A stretch of DNA of 64,000 nucleotides from IMG/VR virus record IMGVR_UViG_3300037313_001261, positions 783-64,782 of that record, one strand, 5' to 3'. Position 1 is the first letter of the stretch. Every line of letters starts with the position of its first letter. Shown piece after piece: positions 29,246-39,186 of this stretch. The position numbers were made by a program, and so were the translations under genes. The DNA comes from a virus. The notes under the pieces are model-generated. The model saw only the letters and a program-made list of their open reading frames with translations. It did no database searches and was not told the DNA's origin.

Positions 29246-29725
29246 ATGGCCGAACTGCCCGTGTTCGGAGGCGAAAGCGAGAAATTACTGCTCGCCGTTG
29301 CCCGCGAAATTGCGATGGATCTGTATCCAGTCGAAACTATACTTAAAACATACCAAATTGAGCCGAAAACATTCGAAAACTACCTGAAACTCCCCCGTTT
29401 CCAGACCATGCTGGAGGAGTCCCGCATCGCCTGGAACGCCGCCACCAACGTCGCCGAGCGCATCAAGCTGAAGCAGCTCGCCGTGGTCGAGGAAGCGATC
29501 CCGGAGATGTGGAAGGTGCTGCACGACCACGGCCAGCCGCTCTCGGCCCGGGTCGAGCTCTACAAGACGCTGATGAAGGGGGCGGGCGTGGGCGTGGCGG
29601 ACGGCGTCATCGACACCGCCGGCAAGGTCTCGATCACGATCAACATGGGCGCGGCGGCCGAGCCGGTGGTGGTGCAGACCACGTTACCCGGCTCGGTAAT
29701 CGACGGGGAGGTGCTCGATGCGTGA
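29246..29725 (+). CDS. Terminase small subunit (putative)
   Basis: 159 aa helical protein directly upstream of TerL, with C-terminal VSITINMG strand. Confidence 0.55.
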   Translation: MAELPVFGGESEKLLLAVAREIAMDLYPVETILKTYQIEPKTFENYLKLPRFQTMLEESRIAWNAATNVAERIKLKQLAVVEEAIPEMWKVLHDHGQPLSARVELYKTLMKGAGVGVADGVIDTAGKVSITINMGAAAEPVVVQTTLPGSVIDGEVLDA

Positions 29726-29857
29726 CACCGCCCTGTTCCTCTGCGCGCTGCAGCGTCACCGCTGCGTTGGCCGCGGCTACATCAGCCGTGAATACCACCG
29801 CAACCGCGTCCACCCCCGGGCTCCGCTCGGCATAACTCACGCCTGGGGACCGTTCTA

Positions 29858-31321
29858 ATGGCTAACATCACCTTCGACGCGCCCCCGACCGTTGCCCGCT
29901 TCATGGCGAGCCAGGCGTTCTTTCGCATCATTATGGGCCCGGTGGGCTCGGGCAAGACGACGGGCTGCATCTTCGAGCTGCTGCGGCGAGCCATCGAACA
30001 GGAGCCCGCGCCAGACGGAATCCGTTACACACGGTTTGCCATCGTCCGTCAGACGCTGAAGCAGCTCAAAGACACGGTCTTGAAAGACATCACCTCGTGG
30101 CTCGAGGGCATTTGCCACTACAAGGTCACGGACAATGCGATCTACATCACCTTCGGCGACGTAAAGTCGGAATGGTTGCTGATCCCGTTGGACACACCGG
30201 AAGATCAACAGCGCCTCCTCTCGATGCAGCTCACCGGCGCCTGGATGTCAGAGTCGATCGAGATGGACCCGACCCTCATCCCGGCCCTGTCCGGTCGCTG
30301 TGGCCGTTACCCCGGCGCGGCGCTCGGCGGAGCGAGCTGGTTCGGCATCATCGCCGACACCAACTTCCCAACAGAGGGCAGCGAGTGGCACCGCCTGGTT
30401 GAGCTCGAAACGCCGCCGGATTGGCAGGTCTTCAAGCAGCCAGGCGGCTTGAGCCTCGATCATCAGGGTCTCCCGTGCGCCGAGAATCTCAACTGGCTCA
30501 CCCAGACCCCGGCGACGTTGAAGCTACCACCCAACCACCCGGAACGCCTGGCCCAGGGTCGGACTTATTATGAGCGCCTCGCGCGCGGTAACTCCGAAGA
30601 TTGGGTGAAACGCTATGTCCATGCCCAGTACGGCAATGATCCTTCCGGTTCAGCTGTGTTCAAGGCTACCTACAAACGCGACTTCCATGAGGTTGACGAA
30701 ATCCTCCCGGTGGATGGGCACCCGATTATTGTCTCTCAAGATTTTGGTCGAAACCCCCACGCCGTCATATGCCAGCTTGACCACCGTGGACGACTACTGG
30801 TCCTTGAGGAGCTGATCAGTGAGGACATGGGTTTGGAGCTGCACGTCGATGTGGCATTGCGGCCGGCGCTCATGCAGCCGCGCTACCTCGGCAAGCCCAT
30901 CTACGTCATCGGCGATCCTGCGGGTAATCAGAGAAGTACGCACTACGAGGAGACTTCTTTCGACCTGCTCAAGCGAATGGGATTCTTCGCTTACCCAGCC
31001 CCCACCAACAGCATCGACAAGAGACTGCGTTCCGTCGAACACTTTCTCCTGGGATCGCGTGATGGCGGGGCGGCGATCCTGATCGACCGCTCACGCTGCC
31101 CTACTCTGACCAGAGCGATGAGCGGCATGTACCGCTATGCGAAGCGCAAGAACGGTCAGCTGGCACCGTTGCCGGAGAAGTCGCATCCGTGGTCGGACAT
31201 TGCCGACGCGCTGCAGTATGCGTGCCTGGCCGCGCACGGCGGCCTGACCGACTACGTGGCGAACCGGATGAAGCCGCCTCCGCGGGTGCGCAAGCGTCCG
31301 ACGGTGGGAGCATGGACATAA
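29858..31321 (+). CDS. terL: Terminase large subunit
   Basis: Walker A GPVGSGKT, nuclease motifs QDFG, GDPAG and SDIADALQY. Confidence 0.9.
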   Translation: MANITFDAPPTVARFMASQAFFRIIMGPVGSGKTTGCIFELLRRAIEQEPAPDGIRYTRFAIVRQTLKQLKDTVLKDITSWLEGICHYKVTDNAIYITFGDVKSEWLLIPLDTPEDQQRLLSMQLTGAWMSESIEMDPTLIPALSGRCGRYPGAALGGASWFGIIADTNFPTEGSEWHRLVELETPPDWQVFKQPGGLSLDHQGLPCAENLNWLTQTPATLKLPPNHPERLAQGRTYYERLARGNSEDWVKRYVHAQYGNDPSGSAVFKATYKRDFHEVDEILPVDGHPIIVSQDFGRNPHAVICQLDHRGRLLVLEELISEDMGLELHVDVALRPALMQPRYLGKPIYVIGDPAGNQRSTHYEETSFDLLKRMGFFAYPAPTNSIDKRLRSVEHFLLGSRDGGAAILIDRSRCPTLTRAMSGMYRYAKRKNGQLAPLPEKSHPWSDIADALQYACLAAHGGLTDYVANRMKPPPRVRKRPTVGAWT

Positions 31322-31389
31322 TCCGCTTGGCAATGAAGACCGAGGGCAGGTCCTGATCCCTGCCCTCGCTGATCAGAATCGTCAGCGCC

Positions 31390-31575
31390 TCAAGAAGGGC
31401 GGACGAGCTCATCTTCGAGATCGAAATAGGCGTTGAGGTGATCGAGCGCGCGGGTGATGAAACGGCGGCGGTGTTCTTTTACCGGCGTCTGCTTCGACAG
31501 ACGGATCCAGTGCTCGTATTGCTTGAACTCGGCGCGGCAGCGGCGGGTGATGACCCGCTTGTTGGCATACGGCAT
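31390..31575 (-). CDS. Hypothetical protein
   Basis: MPYANKR start just downstream of a motif/RBS copy at 31590. Confidence 0.5.
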   Translation of the reverse strand: MPYANKRVITRRCRAEFKQYEHWIRLSKQTPVKEHRRRFITRALDHLNAYFDLEDELVRPS

Positions 31576-31780
31576 AGGCAGGCCCCCTGTTACCCAGCCA
31601 GGTAATGTGGTCCCGTTCCCGATCTTCACCGTCTACTAAGACATGGCATCGTTCGCCGGCACGGTGTAAACGTCTCGTCGAGGGAACCCTAAACCTCATC
31701 CGAGCCGCAGAGGGGGCATGATTGGCAGCACCCGTGGGACCTGACGGACGCTGGAAAGGAACGCCAGCGCCAATCGTAAA

Positions 31781-32026
31781 CTAGTGAAAGACCATGTGGC
31801 GCAGCGGCGCGAGGGCGACCGTGAAGTAGCCGATCTCGTCGTTGCCGCCACCCACATAAACCGCGTCGTCGATATCCTCGACCTCGTCGTTATCGTCGTA
31901 AAACTTCACCGGCAGCACGGTGCCGTCGGAGAAGACCGCGTGTTTGAAGTCCTTGGTGATCGCCTCGAGCGAGCGCTTCACGCGTGCCTGGTGCTCGTCG
32001 TTCTGACCGTAGACGTCGTATTCCAT
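31781..32026 (-). CDS. Hypothetical acidic protein
   Basis: MEYDVYGQ..., ORF in the leftward cluster. Confidence 0.45.
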   Translation of the reverse strand: MEYDVYGQNDEHQARVKRSLEAITKDFKHAVFSDGTVLPVKFYDDNDEVEDIDDAVYVGGGNDEIGYFTVALAPLRHMVFH

Positions 32027-32061
32027 GATGATCGACCCCCCGATCTGTGTGGACCCTGTGA

Positions 32062-32340
32062 TCACCGATACTCCTCCTCGATAATCACCCAGTCCTGTGC
32101 GAGGACGTCCTGCTGGCAGATCGGCCACAGCGACTTGTAGAGCGGCGTGACCTGCCAGATGTGGTCGCCCTCGATCGTCTCCTCGATTGTGAGGTAATCG
32201 CGCGTGGTTTTCCATGCAGCGCGGGCTACTTTATAGCCCTGTTTCAATGCGGACAGCGCCGCGCCGAAGCTCATCATCGGCTTGCGGTGCATCACCGCGA
32301 GCAGCGGCGTGACGTTACTGGGATCCGGTTCCGTGTTCAT
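32062..32340 (-). CDS. DUF2829-like protein (Tad2-like anti-defence sponge family)
   Basis: MSFGAALSALKQGYKVARAAW...W...QQDVLAQDW is the DUF2829 pattern. Confidence 0.7.
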   Translation of the reverse strand: MNTEPDPSNVTPLLAVMHRKPMMSFGAALSALKQGYKVARAAWKTTRDYLTIEETIEGDHIWQVTPLYKSLWPICQQDVLAQDWVIIEEEYR

Positions 32341-32608
32341 GGCCCCCCATGTCCTTCTTCTGTTTGGCGAAGTATTCCCGGCGGGTCTCCAGCGACAGGC
32401 CGGCCTCCCACATCTTGCGGTTCATCGCGCGGTTCTCGGGCGATTTCAGCCGGATGGGCTCCGGCCGCTCCAGGCCGTGGCACCAGCGCTGGATCGTGCC
32501 CAGCGGCACCCCGAGCTCGCGCGCGATGTAGCGCACCGAGCGGCCCTCGGCGACAAACTCCCAGGCCGCGGCTTTGAGCTCACGGGTTTGCGCCGGGGTG
32601 CGGGTCAT
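32315..32608 (-). CDS. HTH DNA-binding protein
   Basis: GRSVRYIARELGVPLGTIQRW. Confidence 0.7.
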   Translation of the reverse strand: MTRTPAQTRELKAAAWEFVAEGRSVRYIARELGVPLGTIQRWCHGLERPEPIRLKSPENRAMNRKMWEAGLSLETRREYFAKQKKDMGGHEHGTGSQ

Positions 32609-33004
32609 TCACGGCCCTCGAGCTGCTGCTGAAGCGCCGCGATGCGCGCCTGCAGCTTCAGGATCTGCTCCTCGAGTGCGCGGATGCGGTCCTGCGCGGC
32701 CCAGAGTTTTTCGTCGAGGGTGGGTGGTGACTGGACGTTGAGCTCGCTCATCACGCCACCATCATGATGACCAGGCCGGTCACGAACAGAATCCAGAGAA
32801 CGAGGGAGACGTCATACTTGTCGATCGGCATCGACGGGCTCCAGGGCGTGGTTGAGGGCGGGCAGGATTTTGGTGGTGAGCTGCTCGGCATAGGCTTCCC
32901 AAACGCGACGGTTCTTCGGCGTCCGGCTGTCGGGATCCCAGCCCTCGGCGCGTGCCCAACGGCGGGCGGCCTCGCGGAGCTGCTGCTCCGTGAGGTGGAT
33001 TACC

Positions 33005-33424
33005 TCAGCGGGTAATGGCAGCATCGCCAGACGGAAGCTGCGGGTGCTGGTGCGACTGTGGGTTGTCACGGCCGGTGGCCAGGAAGTCCTCGGGGAGATA
33101 CTGCGAGGCCTTCCAAATGGTGTCCCGAAGGAGGTATCCTTCCAGGGGCCAAATTTTCCTAAAGGCGTCGTCGTAGGCCAGGCGCTTGCCGATCTCGCGG
33201 TCATAATTGCGCTTGTCGGCGCACGCGGCTTCGCCGCTGACCTCGAAGCCGTTACGCAACTCGATCACACAGATAGTCTTAAATTGATTGGTGATGAAAT
33301 ACGAGGTCGAGGCGATCTTAGCCTCGATGGCTTGTTTGGTCACGCGTGGATACGGCAGCGCGTCGATCTTCTGACCAGCCTCAGTGGTGGAGAGGCTGGG
33401 CTCGGGGGGCGAGGTGGTGGTCAC
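33005..33424 (-). CDS. Gp49/66-family protein (Tad1-like anti-defence sponge)
   Basis: TICVIELRNGFEVSGEAACADKRNYDREIGKRLAYDDAFRKIWPLEGYLL. Confidence 0.75.
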   Translation of the reverse strand: MTTTSPPEPSLSTTEAGQKIDALPYPRVTKQAIEAKIASTSYFITNQFKTICVIELRNGFEVSGEAACADKRNYDREIGKRLAYDDAFRKIWPLEGYLLRDTIWKASQYLPEDFLATGRDNPQSHQHPQLPSGDAAITR

Positions 33425-33675
33425 GCCGGAACTCCCAGACTGGTTTTCGCAGTGGTTTCAGTGACTTTGACGTTCGCCTGAATCCACGCCTGAACATCGG
33501 CGAGGCGGTAGAACACTTGCTTGCCCAGCTTGGTGAAATTGGGCCCGCGATCCTCCATCCGCCAGATCTGCAGCGTGTTGGTGTTCAAGCCCAACATATC
33601 TGCCAGGTCCTTGTCGGACAGAAGCCCGATCTCCAATCGCAGAGACCGAGCTACCTCACTCGCCGATGCACTCAT
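33421..33675 (-). CDS. AlpA / excisionase-like HTH protein
   Basis: LLSDKDLADMLGLNTNTLQIWR...GPNFTKLGKQVFYRLADVQAW. Confidence 0.75.
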   Translation of the reverse strand: MSASASEVARSLRLEIGLLSDKDLADMLGLNTNTLQIWRMEDRGPNFTKLGKQVFYRLADVQAWIQANVKVTETTAKTSLGVPA

Positions 33676-33940
33676 TCTGCCCCCTACGGCCCTTTACGGG
33701 AACTTGTAGCGGCCCCCAGCGTTTCGCTGTGTTTGGCCTATGTCTGGGATATCATCCTATGTGTCCCGGATTGTCAACCGGATTATGGAACGTAAGTTGT
33801 ACCCATTTGGTAGTGGTTTGGGAGTTCTTTAACCTTCGTTGTGGATAACTCGCCGGGGAACCGGGCGCGTGCTGGTTGCTACACCGGATTCCATGTGGTT
33901 TCTGTTCGATACCCGACACAAAGCTGCGGCATCAGGCCCC

Positions 33941-33988
33941 AAAACGAAAAACCCCCCGTCGCGGGGGGCGTTGCGACGAGGGGCTTCC
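33941..33988 (-). terminator. Probable intrinsic terminator (leftward)
   Basis: Imperfect GC stem ccccgtcgc...gcgacgagggg, preceded on plus by aaaacgaaaaa (U-tract on minus). Confidence 0.45.
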
Positions 33989-34071
33989 GTTCAGTTGCTG
34001 AGCTTCATGCCTTGCGGGCATGTTCCCTCAACGCGCGAGCACCGCCCGCGTTCCTGAAACCTGTAACCTGC

Positions 34072-34326
34072 TTAAACCTTGGCCGTTTGATCCGTCAAGG
34101 CGCGTTGCGCCTGCATCCACGTGTTGACGTTGTGGCGCCGGTTTTGACGCCCGGGTGAGGTGAATTTCGGTATGGCGTAGCCACTCCGGCGCAGCTGGCT
34201 CATCGTCGCCTTGACGCAGTTGTTGGTGGTGCCGAGCAGGCGCGCGATCTCCCGCGGCGGCAGCCCCCGGCACGCGAGCTCGATGATGTCGAAGCGGCGC
34301 TTCGACAGAAAGCCTTTGCGCTTCAT
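34072..34326 (-). CDS. LuxR-like HTH protein
   Basis: LSKRRFDIIELACRGLPPREIARLLGTTNNCVK. Confidence 0.6.
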   Translation of the reverse strand: MKRKGFLSKRRFDIIELACRGLPPREIARLLGTTNNCVKATMSQLRRSGYAIPKFTSPGRQNRRHNVNTWMQAQRALTDQTAKV

Positions 34327-34577
34327 GGCATGTCACGCGTCAGCACGTGATCCGGATGCCGGGTGAAGCTGGCCTGCTGGGCGATGACGAGCAGCAGGAG
34401 CTCGTTCCACTTCTCGTCGGTGGTCTCATTGATGCGGCCGACCAGGAAGCCCTCGGCGATCGCTTTGCCGTGGTTGTCGTCGATCTGCTCAAAGGCCTGA
34501 ACGAGTCGGATCTCGTCGCCGGGTTTCACAAAGAACTTACCGTCGTGGGTAATGACTTCGACTTGGGTGATGGTCAT
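34323..34577 (-). CDS. Hypothetical protein
   Basis: MTITQVE..., ATGA-coupled at both ends. Confidence 0.5.
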   Translation of the reverse strand: MTITQVEVITHDGKFFVKPGDEIRLVQAFEQIDDNHGKAIAEGFLVGRINETTDEKWNELLLLVIAQQASFTRHPDHVLTRDMP

Positions 34578-34858
34578 GCGAGTTTGGTGATCTTCTTGTC
34601 GTTGGCGAGCATCCGCAGCATGAAGCGGCCCCATTGCTCATCGGTGGCCTCGCGCCAGGTCGAGCGCATGATCTCGTGCCGGTGCTGCGAGACGCGCACG
34701 CGCCCCATGATCAGCTCCTGCAGCCGGCGCACATACGGATCCGGACTGCGCCGGTCCATCGGCACGGACGAGCGCAACCACAGGCCAGCTTGTTCGGGAT
34801 CATCACTCTCGACCCAGACGGCCTGGGCTTCGTGTCCGTCGAGTTCGTCTTCGGTCAT
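34574..34858 (-). CDS. Hypothetical protein
   Basis: First ORF of the leftward cluster. Confidence 0.5.
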   Translation of the reverse strand: MTEDELDGHEAQAVWVESDDPEQAGLWLRSSVPMDRRSPDPYVRRLQELIMGRVRVSQHRHEIMRSTWREATDEQWGRFMLRMLANDKKITKLA

Positions 34859-35908
34859 GGGATTTTTCGGTGTGGTGGTTTTAGGACCGATGCCCCCCGT
34901 CCTGCATCCTTACGGGTAGCAGCCGCTCTCGCACGCGAGGGCGTCAAGGGGCAGGGGGCAACGACCCGGGATGCTTGTACCCTGTCGCCGGTTAACGCTC
35001 AAGATGTAACAAAGTTCAAATTGGGAATTTTTGGTTTTGGATTTTTTGGGTATGGAGCAGTGCTCCTTACCCGGATAAAGTATCGTACGACATGTTATTA
35101 CATGTTGAAATGGTTTTATGGGCTGTCTGTTCTCGTACCACCCACAAAAGGCCACCCCACCCCCCACCCCCCGTTGTCCACATACCCCCATCCCCCCTAC
35201 ACTATAACATAACTACCGTCGGGGTAAGAACTTTGAAAGCGGCGGGTCAACCCTAGTAGGAAGTCGAGCCTAAGCGACTCTCCTACGGTAAGCCCCCGCC
35301 GCCAAGCATAGAGAGCGGGGGGTCCCTAGCGGTCCTCGGTAGTGTCACCTGAAACGGTGGCGGGCTCTGCCCCTGAAATATCCCACGCTAGGCGACGGTG
35401 CTCTCCCCTGATAACGGGCAGCAACGCTGAAACCATCGGATGGTCCGATGGTGGCGAACAGCTCTGGTCAGGATGTGGCTAGGCCCGCATGGGGCCAGGC
35501 AAAACGCTCGTAATGGGCGACCCGCCAAAGGCAAGGATCGGCCGGTAACACTCTCGCATGGTGCGAGGCTGCCGCAGCGACGCGCGTTCGTGACGCGAGA
35601 TGCCCGATCCTTGACCTCCGAAACGGAATAACGGGAGATACCCGTTACCTGCGAGGTAACTAACCCTCGAAGGACCACTCTACCGCGAATGAATATCGGC
35701 ATCGCCGACGGCGCTAGGGTCTGGCCGCTCCAAAGGCGCCAACAGGAAGCCGTTTCGGGCAGAGTTGGAAACATTGGTCGGGTGCTGCAACCTTCCCAAC
35801 ATGTCAACCTGAATATTCCTATACAATGTTCAATGCACTAGAATAAGTTCTTATAGTGCAAGCATGTTGCGGTTGGTTGGTGAGACGGCACCCGCCATTG
35901 TGTCTAAT

Positions 35909-36220
35909 TGTACAAGCTCCAATCCTGAACGTTTATCTGTACAATTCCATGTACAATTCTAAGTGCTTGGTTTGTATGGGTTATTCGGCAGGATATGGAT
36001 TATTGTACAAATTGTACAGATGAAATGAAAACAAGAGCTACGCCGCGCGCGTGCGTGACCTGCAACGCTGTTACAATCCCAACACCCTCAAACCATCCGA
36101 GTGTGTGGGGGCTTGTTGCGGAAAGTCTGTACAATTTGTACAATAACGCGTAAGCCCTTGAAATCATTGGGCTTTTATTGTACAAGCGGTTGTACAATTA
36201 AGTGAACCTTGATTGTACAA
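35909..36220. repeat. Cluster of ten TGTACA palindromes with a 21-bp perfect inverted repeat (origin / pac-like)
   Basis: TGTACA at 35909, 35938, 35950, 36004, 36013, 36128, 36137, 36179, 36191 and 36214. 36000-36020 is the reverse complement of 36126-36146. Confidence 0.85.
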
Positions 36221-36261
36221 TAACCCCACCAACCCACCACGTTACCTAGAAAGGTAAGACC

Positions 36262-37026
36262 ATGAACGCTCCGCTCTCCAACTCTGCCGTGCTCAAGGCC
36301 ACCATCCTCGCGGAAGTCGGCGCTCTCGGCCAGGCCGAAGGCGCAGGCGTCAACTCGCGCCCCGAACTCGCGCTCAAGGTGGTCTCATGGACCACGGCAG
36401 GGGAGATCGGCGAGGACGACATTGCCAGCATCTGGACTGAGTTCCAGAACCAACGCTCGGCGGCCAAAGGCTCGAACCGTGACAAGGCCGAGAAGCCCTC
36501 GTCGAACTCTTTCAACGCGCAATGCTCCAAGCTGCGCGCCTTCGTCCACGCTGCCTCGCTCACGCAGGTGGACTTCTGCGACGTCATCACCCGGGCGAAG
36601 TCCTTCATCGACAAGACGCCCGAGCTGTCCGGTTCGACCTTCGACAACATGCTGAAAGTCGCTCGCACTCAGAAAGAGAAAGAGTTCAAGGATGCAGCCT
36701 TGACGGACGAACAGATCGAAGAGGTTCTCCGCGGCAAGCCGGCCGAGGAAAAGACCGAACTCGACTACCTCAAGCCGGTCAAGCAGGCCCTCGACAAGAT
36801 CCTCAATGGCACGGACGAACGCCCGGCCTTCCCGTCGAAGGAACTCGAAGACGCCCTTGGCGCAATCAATCGCCGGGTTGCCGTGCTCGAACTCGCCAAG
36901 TCCGAGGCTGAGACTGAGCGCCGCCGCGCTGCCGTCGTCGCGGCCAACCCCAGCCCGATCGTCAACCGGGATGTTACCCAGCCCGGTAACGAGAACGAGC
37001 AGCCGAAGCTCGACGCTGCCGAGTAA
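36262..37026 (+). CDS. Hypothetical early protein, 254 aa
   Basis: First rightward gene, preceded by CCACCAC, the motif and an RBS. Strong codon bias. Confidence 0.8.
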   Translation: MNAPLSNSAVLKATILAEVGALGQAEGAGVNSRPELALKVVSWTTAGEIGEDDIASIWTEFQNQRSAAKGSNRDKAEKPSSNSFNAQCSKLRAFVHAASLTQVDFCDVITRAKSFIDKTPELSGSTFDNMLKVARTQKEKEFKDAALTDEQIEEVLRGKPAEEKTELDYLKPVKQALDKILNGTDERPAFPSKELEDALGAINRRVAVLELAKSEAETERRRAAVVAANPSPIVNRDVTQPGNENEQPKLDAAE

Positions 37027-37219
37027 GACTTCCCGATGGGATGAGGGTTAACGCCCTCATCCCCTCCATCATTGAGCCCCTGTCTCACCCGAGGCGGGGG
37101 CTTTGTCATGGAGGGAACCATGTTCGACGCACATATCCGCGCCTACCGCCGTCATCGTCAGGATGTTCTGTTCCTCAACTGGTGGAACAGCGGTCAGATG
37201 TTCTGATCTGGAGGGAACC

Positions 37220-37492
37220 ATGGATCGTCACCAAGCCCAACGCGCGAAAGAGTATCGCGCCCTCGTCACTGTGCGGCAGGCCACCGCGCCTGCCTCTCTT
37301 ACCCGCCGGGGTAACAACCTGCTCAAGCTGGTCTGGTCGGACGGACTGGTTGAGCTGCACTACTACCGCAAGATGGATGACGCGCTGTTCGATCGCAGCA
37401 TCTGGCAGCACTTCATCGGCGATGCCGACAAGCGTGAGCCTTCGCGCATCCTGATCTCCGCCACCGTGATTGAGCCTCGCTCGAAGAAGTAA
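37220..37492 (+). CDS. Hypothetical protein
   Basis: GGAGG RBS, MDRHQAQ... Confidence 0.55.
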   Translation: MDRHQAQRAKEYRALVTVRQATAPASLTRRGNNLLKLVWSDGLVELHYYRKMDDALFDRSIWQHFIGDADKREPSRILISATVIEPRSKK

Positions 37493-37730
37493 GGCGCCTA
37501 TCATCAGCGCCTATCACGCCGCCACCACCACGCCCAGAAAGGACAACGCCCATGGACCGTGACTATCCCGCCTTTGGCTACGGCCAGCACTTCGCTTGGG
37601 TCTCGCCCAAGATGCAGCAGGCGCTCGACGCCCGCAAGGAACGCGAGGAGTGGGCTCGCAAGGTGAATGCCTCCAAGCCGGTTACCCCGCGTGGGTCAGG
37701 CCGCGTGCTGCCGAGCATCAGGGGGTGAGC

Positions 37731-37946
37731 ATGAACACCCACGCTATGCGGCGCGTGGTGCACGGCCCCAAGTGCGCCCGAGACAGCGCCCAGGTCTTTC
37801 TCGATCACGAGCGTGAGGAACTCTACCGCACGCTCACCCTGCTGCCGGAAAACAACTGGCTCGCCCGCTCCATCCGTCTCTACCTGCACGAGCTGGAGAA
37901 AGGCGACAAGCCGCGCTTCATCTGCGATGACGGGGAGGACGCATGA
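37731..37946 (+). CDS. Hypothetical protein
   Basis: MNTHAMRR..., coupled ORF. Confidence 0.45.
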   Translation: MNTHAMRRVVHGPKCARDSAQVFLDHEREELYRTLTLLPENNWLARSIRLYLHELEKGDKPRFICDDGEDA

Positions 37947-38916
37947 GCGTGTTCCTTGGCGTCCTCCTCGCCTTCTGGATCACGTGCGTGCTGTGGTTAG
38001 TGACCGAAGCCGTGCGGTTCCTGCGCTATTCCAAGAAAGGGTGACCATGCTCAAGGTCTACCGGCTCTATAGCGGGCAATGGGCCTATGAAATCACAACG
38101 GGCCCATTCACCGGGAAGAAGGTGTTCCCCTTCCCGACCAAGCGGGCCGCGATCGCCCACGCCAAACAGAACAAGTGAGGGGGTGACCATGTAACACGAT
38201 CAATCGGCACAAGCGGGAGTTAGCCGCCCGCACCATCCTCAAACCCTGGCAGGTCCAGGGCTTCAGGATGGGTCTTACCTGGGAGGGTAACATGCTCAGC
38301 ATCATCGTGGTCAGCACTGCTGGCGGCTTGTATATCGCCGCTGCCCTCGTCGGGCCCATCACCACCATCGCCACCATCATCAGGAAAGGAGCACGCCCAT
38401 GAAAGCTATCGTCCGTCTGGTCCGTCATGCCGAGGCGCCCACGCACCTCGTGTATCTCATTTCGTGCTGCGCTGGCGCGCACTCGATCTACCAGTACTCG
38501 GCGGGCGTGCTCGCTGTCGTCACCATCGTGGTCAGTGTCGTGGGAGAGTAGCCCATGCACTACCACCTGACCCGGCACCGCAAGTTTCAGCTGGTGGTTA
38601 CCCTTGGGGTAACGACCTGCGCGGTGCTGTCCATCGCCGCCCCGCACCTCGGCCATGTGGCCGTGGTCGCGGGCACCCTCACCAACATCGTCTGGATCTG
38701 GGAGTGACCATGCAACCCTGGCATATGGACCACATCGCTCTGTTCTACTGGGTGCAGTACGGGAGCTCCGGCATGGCGCTCGATGCCTACAAAGCCAAAC
38801 GCTATGGGGAGGTATCCGGCAGACAGTGAGGGGCTCACGCCCCTCCCATCCTCAAACCCCGTCAAGCTATCACGCGGCGGGGCTTCAGCATGGGAGCATT
38901 ACCGAAGAGGGTAACG

Positions 38917-39186
38917 ATGTGCATTCAACCCCGCTGGGGCAATCTGATCTGGGTCGACGACGGCGATCTGGCCCGCATCCACGAGGACGGCACCTGCCTG
39001 CCGTTTGTCCCTTCGAGCACGGCATGGGCCAAGGTCGAGATCTACAGGAACGATGACGGCACCTACGAGTGGATGGAGTGGGAAAACTCCATGCAGGAGT
39101 GTGGTCTCGTGCGCGAACTGGATGGTCTCACCCCGCTCGAAGTCCAGTGTCTCCTGATGGAAACATTCCCTTACCCGGAGCGGTAA
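38917..39186 (+). CDS. Small paralog family member (RxxxLxW ... LEVQCLL)
   Basis: PRWGNLIW ... LTPLEVQCLLMETFPYPER, with the motif at both ends. Confidence 0.7.
   Translation: MCIQPRWGNLIWVDDGDLARIHEDGTCLPFVPSSTAWAKVEIYRNDDGTYEWMEWENSMQECGLVRELDGLTPLEVQCLLMETFPYPER

Noticed and set aside
33421-33675. Excisionase-like gene as evidence of a prophage
   Set aside because: No integrase, att site or host genes recognised in the window. AlpA-like HTH genes are common in lytic phages.
34860-36260. tRNA genes or real ORFs in the non-coding region
   Set aside because: No cloverleaf or T-loop signature found by eye. The ORFs there lack RBS and codon bias.
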